A program made the position numbers and the translations under genes. A stretch of 64,000 nt of DNA, from contig MU058198.1 of the NCBI GenBank assembly GCA_013265495.1, forward strand, positions 6,091,779 through 6,155,778, written 5' to 3'. Below the pieces are notes generated by a model. That model had not been told where the DNA came from and did no database searches. It was given only the letters and a program-made list of their open reading frames with translations. This document shows positions 36,561 through 47,312 of the stretch, piece by piece (within the stretch, counting starts at the first letter, position 1; each line of letters opens with the position of its first letter). The stretch comes from Vicugna vicugna (taxonomy: Eukaryota).

Positions 36561-36667
36561 CTGCCTCCCATCTCTGCAGCGATGAGCACGCAGGAGCTGT
36601 CCCAGGCAGCAGGGGGCGCCAGAGCCGTCAGTGAAGCCATCGACAGAATTGGCCTTTTGGGCAGCAG
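36561..36667 (+). CDS. KATNIP: KATNIP coding exon E (107 nt, phase 0 to 2): LPPISAAMSTQELSQAAGGARAVSEAIDRIGLLGS(R)
   Basis: Acceptor cctcccttag|CTG, donor CAG|gtactt; absent from the ORF track and translated by hand; AAGGARA...DRIGLLGSR matches KATNIP. Confidence 0.92.
36605..36622 (+). promoter_or_regulatory. Candidate CTCF binding motif inside exon E
   Basis: GGCAGCAGGGGGCGCCAG, one mismatch from the CCAGCAGGGGGCGC core. Confidence 0.5.
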
Positions 36668-37142
36668 GTACTTATCAAGACAGCTTCAAAACAAAAACAA
36701 GCAACCCGTAGTCGTGCAGCCATGAGGATCTTATTAACTGGGGTTTTTCTTTGCACTTCCTGTGTTATTCTGGACCATTTAAAACTACTCTGTTAGACTG
36801 CATCCCCTCTCCCTCTCCCTCCAGCCTGAGAGCCTAAAATGGACTTGATTTCTTTCAGACAAACGTCTCTTTGCTCGTTCAGTTCAGTTCAGCCTGTGTA
36901 CAGCTTCAGTCTCCTCAAAGGTTTCCACTGAAGCAGCCCACATGGCAGACAGAGACCCAAAGGAGTGTCCTTTGAACCTTCTTTTCTCTACTCAAAATTT
37001 CCAAATGCAGCATTCTGTTCCGTTAACACATAGCATCAGTGATCGGCACTGTCAAGTTTATTATCAAAATAAAGGCTTTCCTTAAAATAATAATAATAAT
37101 AAAGCCTTTCTTCTGATCATCAGGCAAAAGATCTTCAGGTAA

Positions 37143-37498
37143 ATGGAACTAGAGATTATCATACTAAGTGAAGTAAGTCAGCGAAAGATAAATATCATAT
37201 CATATCACGTGTATGTGGAATCTAAAAAAATATGATACAAAGGAACTTATTTACAAAACAGAAAGAGACTCAGAAAACAAACTTATGGTTACCAAAGGAA
37301 AAAGGCAGGTAGGGATAAATTAGGAGTTTGGGATTAGCAGATACAAAATAGATAAACAAGGTCCTACTTGTAGCACAGGGAACGGTATTCAATATCTTGT
37401 TATAACCTATAATGAAAAAGAATTTATATGTATAACTGAATCACTATGCTGTACACCAGAAACTAACACAACGCTGTAAATCAACTAAATTTCAATAA
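37143..37498 (+). mobile_element. 5'-truncated L1 3' end (same subfamily as 181-510)
   Basis: ctagagattatcatactaagtgaagtaagtcag...ccagaaactaacacaacgctgtaaatcaacta. Confidence 0.9.
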
Positions 37499-38630
37499 GC
37501 TAGAAAGATGCACCAGGCCGAGCTGATAATTTCAAGCTTGCGTTCATACACAGCCACTCTCCCCGGGCCGCCGTGCGGAGCTGGGCGCAGGGCATTCTGT
37601 GCGGTGCCTGTGCCTGGTTGAGGGGCAAGAGCAGTTGAAGTCCAGCCTGCACAGTGATCTCTAAGCCGAGGCCCTGCCCTGAGACTGCATCAGCCCCAAA
37701 AGGGGTGGGGGCTTTTTCACTGCACAAAGGAGGAGTTTCCAGGCCAGGCTGTGTACTGCCCAGGTCTGTGTCCACCCAGAGGGAGTTTGCTTTTAATAAT
37801 TTGTAGAAAAACTCTGAATAGGCTGAAGGCAGTGCTAGCCATCCCTCCAGGAGTCTGCAGAGCCCAAATCGGAAACCATGCTGTGTACCATTGTGGCCAT
37901 AAATAAGAACTTGAGGTTCCCTCTGCAGGTGAAAGGTCTGGGCCGTGAGGACACTTTACATCAGATACGGTCCTATTTATAAGCAGCGCACACATCACCA
38001 GATGCTTCTTTCTTCATCATCAAGATTCTTTGTGTTTCAGGGTCTTGGGGGTACTCAGCCTTGAACAGCCCAAGTGGGGTGCGTTTGCGGACAACCCTCT
38101 GCTGGGTTTGGGCTGCCTGTGTCCTCAGAAACAAGAGGTGCAAAGCAAGTCTCCAGTCGAGGAGTTCACAGACTTTTTCAGTAAAGGATCAGCGAGCAAA
38201 TACTAAAGTATTTTCACTTTTTGTCTGTTTGTCTGAACAACCCTTTAACAGCATCAAAAGCATTCTCAGCTTGCAGGCCACTCAGAAACAGGCTACGGGC
38301 TGCATTTGACCTGCTGTGTGTGGACCCCGGCACTAGACTCTCACCAGTTATCGGTCAGCTGGAGGTTAAGGAGATCAGCTGGCAGCTGGCCCCAAACAGT
38401 TTATCTTGCTTGCCCTTCTTCCCTCGCTGATTGTACAGTTATTTATAAAGGGAGAAACCCAGCGCGGGTGCGGGTGCACCTTCGGACTGTTTCAGGGATA
38501 GAAGTACTTTCTTCTCAAATTGTTAACTTCTCTCTGAAACAGAAAAGTAATCGTGGTCCCCTTGATGGGAGTGTTCTCTGTTGTGTATCGTTTGTTACAA
38601 TCTGTTTGCTAAAACAAAATCACGTTTCAG

Positions 38631-38733
38631 ACAACAGCAGAAGCTTCTGAAAGTCCTCCAGGCCATCGAAAGCGACTCTGCCCATCTCAGCCAGGTTGTT
38701 TCACCCACTGAGGAGCAAGCACAGGACCCAGAG
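38631..38733 (+). CDS. KATNIP: KATNIP coding exon F (103 nt, phase 2 to 0): (R)QQQKLLKVLQAIESDSAHLSQVVSPTEEQAQDPE
   Basis: Acceptor cacgtttcag|A, donor GAG|gtgaga; lies within ORF 38581..38964. Confidence 0.95.
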
Positions 38734-38989
38734 GTGAGAACCCTGACTTTGGGGCATTTCCAAAGGCACTGGTGTCTCTCCTGCAAGCTGAGGGAAGAAG
38801 GGCCCCTCGGTACAGCCATTTCTGTTAGAACTCAACTAATGGCAGTAAACTTGGCATCTTTCTGCCCAAGCCTCCACCCGCCTCCTCCCCAGCATACATT
38901 CATGTCATGGAGCATGAAGTTTCAGCAGACAGAAGCCTGTCCACACCAGCAGAAATATAAATAGCATGTGAGCCTATAGAAAAATAGCC

Positions 38990-39470
38990 AGTGTCACTGA
39001 TAATCAAGAAATACAAATTAGAGCAACCTTAACATCCCGTTTGAAATCTGAGTTAACAAATTATTTTTGATGATAACCTCCAATCCTGGCAAGGTTATAG
39101 TAAAACTGGCAGTCTTACCCTGCTGGCAGCAATATAAATGAGTGGAAGGACAGCTTTTGAAAAGCAGAAAGGCTGGCTTTAGGAAGAGCCTTCGAAATAC
39201 TTGTCTTCCAGCTCAACAACCCCACTTCCTTACCCTAAAGAAATCGCTCAGCAGAAATAAAAATCTAGATGCACAAAAATGTGTATGGCAGAATTATTGG
39301 AAGTAGGGAAAAGTGAGAGGGAAAAAGCCAGAAATAACATAAATGTCTCGCAATAGTGGAGTTAATCAGGAGGGTATGATATATCAGCACGATGCAGTCA
39401 GGTAAAAGGATGGAAATTTTCATTATGGAGATTATGCAGATGGAAAATGTTAAGGGTATAAAGTTATCTG
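38990..39470 (+). mobile_element. Very old L1ME-type remnant
   Basis: cactgataatcaagaaatacaaatta...tgctggcagcaatataaatg...gatgcacaaaaatgt pattern resembling the degraded L1 ORF2 3' part. Confidence 0.55.
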
Positions 39471-41710
39471 CAAAAGGTGATGTTAATCTTCATGCAGTCG
39501 GATCAGATGGCAGCGACTGGGCGAAGATGTGGCTGTGTGAGCGTGTTGGTGGAGCTGAGAAGTAAACGGTGAAAGGACAGGGGGCATCCAGGTGGCAGGA
39601 TAACCGGTGATGCTTCTCTCCCTTTTGCCAAAAGTGTGTGCATCCAGCACATCCTCCCACCCCTCCCTTTATCCAAGCCTTTCTTATAACTTTTTGGTAC
39701 TGTGGTCACCCATATTGTGATTGGCCAATGAAGACTTAACAGGAAGTCCTTCCAAAGCCGCACATGAAGCTCACATGACAGCAGAAAGCGCCCTGCTCCA
39801 GCCCAGACTGGAGTTCTGGCTTTTGAGTCTGGCACCATCATTTAGAGGTCGTGTGACCTTAGACAAGCCTCTTAAGCTGTCTGGTCCTGGGATTGTGTGG
39901 CTGTCAAACTCGGTAAATAATCCACTGCTCACGGGCCACTGTCAGGCTGGAATAGGAAAGGTCTGTGAGGGTGGGTGGCTCAGTGCCTGGCACGAGGCAA
40001 GGAGAAACCAGGAAATATCAGTTGAAAGATTGCCATCTAGAAAAAAATCTAGGGAAAGCAACGCTTTGTTCCTTCCTGTATGGAATAGTTGCTTTCTTAG
40101 CTCTGAAGGTCCTAAGTGTGGTGAAGCCTCAGCCATATTAAAAAGAGCCTGAATTGATCAAGTCTCCTTATCATACAGGAGACAGAAAACCCAAGGCAAA
40201 CTGACTTACACTACAAAGAGAATAAGAATGACACATTTCTTTGTAATGAATGCCACAGCTGGGATCAGGTGGGGCTTGATCCAGCAGCTGACAGTGGCTC
40301 CACAGTGTCAGCTGCACCCTTGAGCCCCATCCCCACCTCAGTGCCCAGTCCCAGCTCTGCTCTCTCCCTGTGATCCTGCAATAGCTTGAGTGACTTCCAC
40401 CTCTCGCCCTCATCCCCGCAGACCCCACAGCCAGGAGAGAAGAGCAGCTTCTCCACACGTAGATCTGAAATTGGGTCACATGCCCACCACTGAGCCACTC
40501 CCTCTAGGCCCAGGGGACAAGACATGCTGATTCATGGGACCAGTTTGGCTCCCCCTTGGGGTGGGAAAGGGTGCCTCCCTTCACAGCTGAGAAGGGAGAA
40601 GGGGAGACTTCCCCAAAGGAGAAGCAGGTGGTCTTGGTGGGGAGGGTGGCAATGAAGCCTGTGTTGGCCTCAGACCCCTCAAGAGATCTTAAGTCAAGCA
40701 GGAGTAGTCATCCTATTGCAACACTGACAAGTTGTGACACTTCCTTAGTTAATAGACCCTTCAGCTTCTTCATTTAGAAACCCCGCTGCAGGAATTTGCA
40801 CATTTTTGATGGCACTGGGTGTGAGATCCAGCAGCCCCTCCGCGAGGCAGCTCGGCTCCCATCTGGCCCTCTTCCCCACCTCCAGCCGCCGCGGTGAACA
40901 GCACTGCGCCTTCACGCCTCCCACACCACTCACCTGGCAGCCGATCGCGCCTCACAAGCTCAAGCTCATTAACCTCCCAATCCCTTCTGCTTGAGCCGGG
41001 CTGGTTGAGTTTTATCACCATCCTGCAAGCCTGGGACTCAGGCCCAGGGCAACAGAGGGCTTGGCCCAGGCCCCACGCGATCCTGTGATGAAGAAGGAGG
41101 AAGGCGTGGGGTCTGCTAATAAAAACAGGGCCTGAGTTCCTCCTGGGAGCTGCAAGCTGACCTCCCTCCCTCCCTGTCCCCATCCCATCGCGTGGCAATC
41201 AAGGCTCAGCCAAACGCACGCTGAGAACACTAGCACGTCTTGCTGGCTATTAATTAAAAAAAAATAAGTAGGAAACAGTTGCTGTTCATTTGCTCAGCTT
41301 CCTGCTCAAAGAACCATCTCAGATTATGATGCTAATTAAGAGAGGGCATGAGCGTGTGGGGAATGCACCATTTCATGAGTGGCTGATCCGTGGCGACCAG
41401 CACTGCCATCGGAGGCCGAAGGGGGCCTCGGGAAGCCATTCCACGGTGTGGCCGTTTATTGATGGCATTCACGCACTCTCAGACCAGACAGTCTCCCCGC
41501 TAAGGAGGCGGGCATTAAAATCAATGGAGGAGAGACATGGGAGGAAACGGACACTTAGAGAGGGCACACGGGCCAGGGCTGGTGACCGGGCTTCTCCGGG
41601 GGGCGGATCTCGCTTAATCAAACAGGATTGTCGGATAGATGGTGTCCTCTCCTGTTCCCCAGCCAGGACGAGGGATGTCCAGTGACTTGTCCAGGGTCCC
41701 ATGTTGTCGA

Positions 41711-42100
41711 CTGTATTAGGTAGGCCGTCTGTTAGGCTGCCACAAGTGAGTGCCAATCTGGTGGCTTAAACCAAAGCCTGATTTTCTCACAATTCTGGAA
41801 GCTAATCCAAGATCAGCTGTTGGCAAGCTGGGCTTCTCCCAAGCCCTCTCCTTGGCTTGCAGATGGTCGCCTTCTCACCGTACCCTCGTGTGGCCTTTTC
41901 TGCATGCCTGCCCATCCCTGAGGTCTCTCTGGGTGTCCAGATTTCCTCTTCCTGTAAGGACATGAGTCAGAATGAATTAGGGCCCACCCTAACAGCCTCA
42001 TTTTAACTTAATTACCTCTTTAAAGGCCTTATCTCCAAACACAGTCACATTCTGAGCTACTTGGGTTTGGGCTTCGGTATCTCAATTTTGGGGGGCAGGG
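41711..42100 (-). mobile_element. MLT1A-type solo LTR
   Basis: ttctcacaattctggaagctaatccaagatca...ttttaacttaattacctctttaaaggccttatctccaaacacagtcacattctgag. Confidence 0.88.
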
Positions 42101-42461
42101 GACATGTCAGCTGCCCGATTCAGCAGCAGTTGTGACCTGCCTACAGGACGTGAGCACTTCGTGGTGGCAGAGAGAAATGCGTGTTCAGGCAGAGTCTGGT
42201 GCCTTTTAAACATTTTTTGTTATCTACAGACTCTTTTAGAACATACTAATTGCCAGGGTTCGCAGTAACTACGTCTTAAATGCTTTCCAAATATGAGCTC
42301 ATTCAGTCTCCACGATAACCACCCGTGATGGGCGCTGTTTTCACAGTCACTGTACAGAGTGGGAAACTGGGGCACCGAGAGGCTGAAGAACTTGTTTAGC
42401 GGTAGAGCCGGACCCCACCTGTCGTGTTTCATCCTTTGGCATTCCTTTCCTCCTCGTTCAG

Positions 42462-42677
42462 GACGAATCGAGAACGAAGGCAGAAGAGATCAAAGATGCC
42501 ATCTACGTGACCATGGAAATCCTGTCCAACTGGGGCAGCACGTCGTGGGTGGGTCTCACGGAAGTTGAGTTCTTCGACCTGAACCACACAAAACTTTACG
42601 TGTCGCCTCATGACGTGGATATCCGGAGCGCGGACACGCATGGGGACCTGGGCCACCTGGTCAATAGGAACTTAGCT
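42462..42677 (+). CDS. KATNIP: KATNIP coding exon G (216 nt, phase 0 to 0); start of the first DUF4457-type repeat: DESRTKAEEIKDAIYVTMEILSNWGSTSWVGLTEVEFFD...LVNRNLA
   Basis: Acceptor tcctcgttcag|GAC, donor GCT|gtaagt; carries the SNWG...VGLTEVEFFD motif typical of KATNIP repeats. Confidence 0.96.
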
Positions 42678-45600
42678 GTAAGTGGAGGCGGCCTTCAGTG
42701 AGTCTTGGCCTCGCATTTTGATGCATTTCTCGGCCCACGATAAGCCCAGGGGAGGGGAAGGATGATGCAATCAGTCGTGCCCAGTCATTCATTTGGGCAA
42801 ATGAACAGGTAGAGGCTTCCAGACTGTCCCTCCCCTGGCCCTCAGCTCTCTCCCAGGTCCCTGCTCTGTGGGGGTTTCTTTGGGGGTCAGGGGGACAAAG
42901 AAAAACCAATCCACCCCCTTTATCTAACTTGCAGTTTGCCACCATCACTACCAAACATGGGACCTCTTGGGGAGGGGGTGGTCATTGAGAGCAACGCCCT
43001 TATTTTGTAGCAGAAGAAAACGAAGGCTTGGAAAAGGGCACTGACTTGGCCAAGGGCACACAGCTGGAAGGTGATGGGGCCAAGTGCACACCTAGCAGCC
43101 TGGCCTGGGGCCCGTGCACCCCTCGGGGTCCTGCTTCCCTGGGGAACATGGAGGACGCACCCAACAAACGTGGAACATTGCTTTCTTTTAAGTGTCTAAC
43201 AATTTAAAAAAGAAAAGCCCTGGTATTTTCTCTTCCTGCCACTTGCAAGCTGGACACAGGAGACGATGAGCCGGGCTGAGACAGATGGCCCAGCAGTGAC
43301 ATCTTTACATCCAGCATCGGTCACCATGACCTCTGGGCGGGGCCTGAGAAACCCGGAACAGAGGTTGCCTCTGGGCCTCGGGACCGGCTGGGCAGGGGAC
43401 CGGGCTGTAGGAAGACTTTCCCTTGGATGCTTTCGGGCAGCTTTTAAATTTCCTGCCGTGTAGATGTATTTTCTATTCCAGAAAACAAATTACCAATTTT
43501 TTTTTTAAATATTGAAAATGAAAACATTTGCGCCTATTCAGCTGTTGCCTCATGCCAGGCATGGTGCTGCGGCCGATGTACGTCCCATCTTATTTAAACA
43601 GAACAGTACACAGGCCCGAGAAGCAGAAAGGCTGGGCTCAGAGCTTAACCGCTTACAGGTCCGTGCCTGTGGGCACCTCCCCTAACATCTACTTCGGTTT
43701 CCTGGTCTGTAAAGTGGGGACAATAACAGCGCTGACCTTGACACAATGTAGTAAGGACCACACGTAAATATAAAGAGCTAGCGCCCTGCCTCGCTCTTCG
43801 AAAGGGCCCCCGAACGTCAGCTATGACCGTTTCCATTGCTGCTATGACGTAAGTATTCCCATTGAAAGAAAAGTAAGCAAGACAGGGGCTTCGAAACCCC
43901 TGGTTTAGTGACCCAGGTTCTGGTCTTGACTCTTTGTCGCCTTGGGCAACTCACCTGCCTTCTCTGAGAGTCAATTTTTCTGCCCCCGGTAGAATCGGGG
44001 TGGAGGGCCTGGCTAATCCATATGATTCTTATTTTGCCAGCCAAAGAAACGGAGTCTGGCTCGCTTTAGCAAGTTTTTGAGCAGAAGTTTGTTGCAAGTC
44101 TTTCGAGTAGCTGGCTTTTTCATTGCTGCCCAGGCCAGAAGAGGACAGGACCCACAGTCATGTTGGGGTTCTAGGTAGCGTCCTAGGATGCACGAACACC
44201 CAGGGTTTGGTCTTTGGGGGTGGGGTGGAAGTGCAGTGTCTGTCAGGTGATTGGCTGGTTAGTTGGTTTGTCATCTTGTCACTCTGCTGAGACATCCAGT
44301 CCCAGGAGAGGAAGGCTGATGGACCGCCCTGCCTAGGAGGGCTCGGCACCTTGGTGCCAGTTCCACCGAGGTGCCCCAGCGGGGCGGGGAGGGAATTCTT
44401 CCCGAAGAAATATGTGGTTGTTACTGAAGGAAAAGCAGGTCAGATGCTATATAGCCAGGAAATGCCGCTTGTCCTGGGGTCGGACTGGGTGGTGTCTGAG
44501 CCTTCTTAAAGTTCAGTAGCTACATGACCTTGAAAGAAACAAGTCCGGTAGGTCACGGCCACTCAGCTGCTCTGGCTTTGCGTCCCCTGCTCTCCTTCCT
44601 GTTTTGAGGCTGTAGGCTCTGGTGTGTGCTGCTGGGGCTTGGAGTGGCCCTCGCTATCCCTCCCCCATCCCCTTTGTGGCCTTTTGGAAGTCTGCTGTAC
44701 AGAACAGAGCATACCAGGAGCGATAAAAAGCGTCGCTGGATTTGATGGGGACCCATTCTGATGATGACTCTCCCTTTTCCTCTGTTTAGCAGAGGCTGAT
44801 GAGCTTTGCCATGTGATAGCTGCAAGGACATTGGCCCAGGGTTTTGGTGGGTTTGGGGTTTTTTTTTTTGATCTGGGGCCCTGAGGCTGGGACATGAGGC
44901 AGCTGGCTCACCCTGGGTGAGCATATGGAAAAACTGGAACCCTCCTACCTTGCTGGTGGTAATGTAAAAGTAAAACCCCCTCAGAAGGTTCAGTTGCTGA
45001 CGAGTAGTTACCTGCAGGTTGTTGCTCTCTGACTCTGAGCACCAAAATTCCCACTTAGCCCTCTGGTTAGCCTTCCTGCTGGCAGAAATGTGATGGGAAA
45101 TCAATTACAGTCCCCATGGCTGTGTCTAAGGGTCAGCCTTCATTCTCTACCTTTGTTCAGCAGCCAAGGCGACCCCTGTAAGGCCCCGACTTGGAGAAGG
45201 AATGAGACCCGGTCCCCACCCCCACCACGTCCCTGCTGGATTTGGAGATGTTCTGTCCTGACCCCTCGCAGCTGCCCAGAGCACTAGAAGTTCTTGCAGA
45301 GCTCGAGAAACTCGCCAGGATAAGTCAGAACCCCTTGAACTCGTCTCTCCCCCCTTAACAAAGCAGCCTCCTCCCTCCTGAAAGGCACCGTTGTCACTGG
45401 GACAAGCCACCTTTGTCCTCCCCGCAGCTGGGGCCTGTGCCTCGTGTCTCCTGGGGGCCGGCAGAACCCCAGAGGCAGCAGTGTCCTCCTGCTCCTCTCT
45501 GTCAAGTAGCGGGCACGGTCCTGGGGACAGGAGCCCGGGGAGGCGTTCTCAGATACTGGGCGATGCTCCTTTTAGGTAAAAGGGGCAACTTCAGCCAGCG

Positions 45601-47174
45601 TCAGAGATGCAGCTTGCTCATTGGCAGATGGGACTTGTTGTGACTGTTCAATGGCGACCCTAAACTCAAATGCTTGCAGGGGCCAGGCAGAAGCATAACC
45701 AGGGCAGTGATGTGGGTGAAAAACAATAGGGAGTCGTGGGGACTGGGGCGTCGGAGAACACCCGCCCTGGCCACCGGCGCAGTGTACTCAGTTCCAGCCA
45801 ACTGCAGTCAGGGACTCCGTGTTGCCATGTCTTCTAAGTCTATAGATAAGCCAGAGACCCAGCTCTGAGGGGGAGGGGATATCTCCCATCTGTAAGTGTT
45901 GGTAACGAATTTGCTGGGGTTTTTTAAAACAATACTTCATGAGCTATACAAAATAGCTCTGCCAGCCAGATCAGTTTCCAGTCTCTAGTTTCAGTGAGGG
46001 GACGGATATCAGGAGGTAAATTTCATTTCTCCATTCATTTCTTCACTCAATGATTTTCCAAAATTCTAAGATTTTTTTTAGCATTTACTGTGTGCCAAGG
46101 AATGGTGCAGAATACTTAGGGTTCTGGAATGAATTAGGAGAACTCACAGCTGAGAGTGTGTGTGTGTCTGTGTGTGTGTTGGCGGGGAGAGGGGGTGGAA
46201 TGAAATGGACCTGAAAACAGGTATTCCTGGGACACTGAGTAAATGACACCCTCAGGCCTTGCAAGGAACTGTGGGCGTCTGGAGGAGGGAGTGATTGTGT
46301 CAAGGGAAGGGGTGACAAAGGGGGCGACAGCCCGTCTGAGCTGAATTTCCCAAGGTGAGAAGGAAGAGTGTTACACGAAGAGGCCCGGTCCATGCAAAGG
46401 CACGGAGGCCAAGCCAGAGTGGAGACGTTTGTGAGTTTTGTCCAGAGAGTAGAAGAGGTACCCACAGAGTGCAGGAGGGGAGATGACTGGAGCTGAGAGA
46501 AGTCCCCTGAGTTTGCTTTTTCCAATCTGCATCCAAAGCACTCGTAGTACGAAATTTTGTCGGTGAGGATGAAAAAGACAATGAAGCTTCCCCGCTCTTC
46601 TGCCTCCTTGGCCTGGAGAGCAGCCTTGGCAGCCTCGCCGGCCGGCGGAAACCACACACCGGGGTCCTGTGGCTTGGAAACCCTGAAAGGGAACAGAATA
46701 AATCCCAAGGCTCGGTGCCCTGGCCCCATCCCAACAAACGCCTGAGCCAGTTTCTTTCTTTTCTATTTTTAATTTTTAAAAATTCTACAGTGTTTTACGA
46801 AGGAAAATCAAAGGTTCTTCTGGCCAGGTTAATCAAACAGAGCAAGTGGTGGCTCTTTTCCCGTCCTTCCCCTCCGGGCTCTCTCCCCACAAAGCCCATT
46901 ACGTTGATTAAAAGAAAGCCCGCTGCATTTTAAATTCCGTCTGGATGGCAGAGCAGAGGGGCCCACGTGGCAGCTTCATGCCGGGTGACAGGGTCAGTAG
47001 CCCGCTCCCAAGCACAGTCCAGATGGGGTGAGATCCGAGACCCCACCCTGGATGATGTAGAGAAGGTTCCTGGCTTCCCGCCCTCCTCTCTCCTGGTTTC
47101 CATAGTCACTGCCCATTTATGCTGAGATGAGGCAGAAATGTGCTAACAATGCCCCTCTCTTGCTGGCATTTCAG

Positions 47175-47312
47175 AGCAAGCAAGATTCTTCCTTGTGGAC
47201 GTGCCCCTTCCACCCACCACTCCAGCTCTTTTTTGTTATCCGCAACACGAGACAGCTGCGTGACTTTGGTCTAACCAAGATCAAGGTTCGGAATTACTGG
47301 ACGGCTGACGGC
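47175..47312 (+). CDS. KATNIP: KATNIP coding exon H (138 nt, phase 0 to 0): SKQDSSLWTCPFHPPLQLFFVIRNTRQLRDFGLTKIKVRNYWTADG
   Basis: Acceptor gcatttcag|AGC, donor GGC|gtaagt; lies within ORF 47127..47366. Confidence 0.96.

Noticed and set aside
45560..45585. Intronic ctccttttag|gtaaaa, another AG/GT juxtaposition (similar at ~37138 and ~51212)
   Set aside because: Weak donor hexamers and/or short pyrimidine tracts; frequency compatible with chance.
46085..46737. 214-aa and 145-aa minus-strand ORFs
   Set aside because: Low-complexity translations that include a (TG)n tract; no known domain; expected in GC-rich intron.
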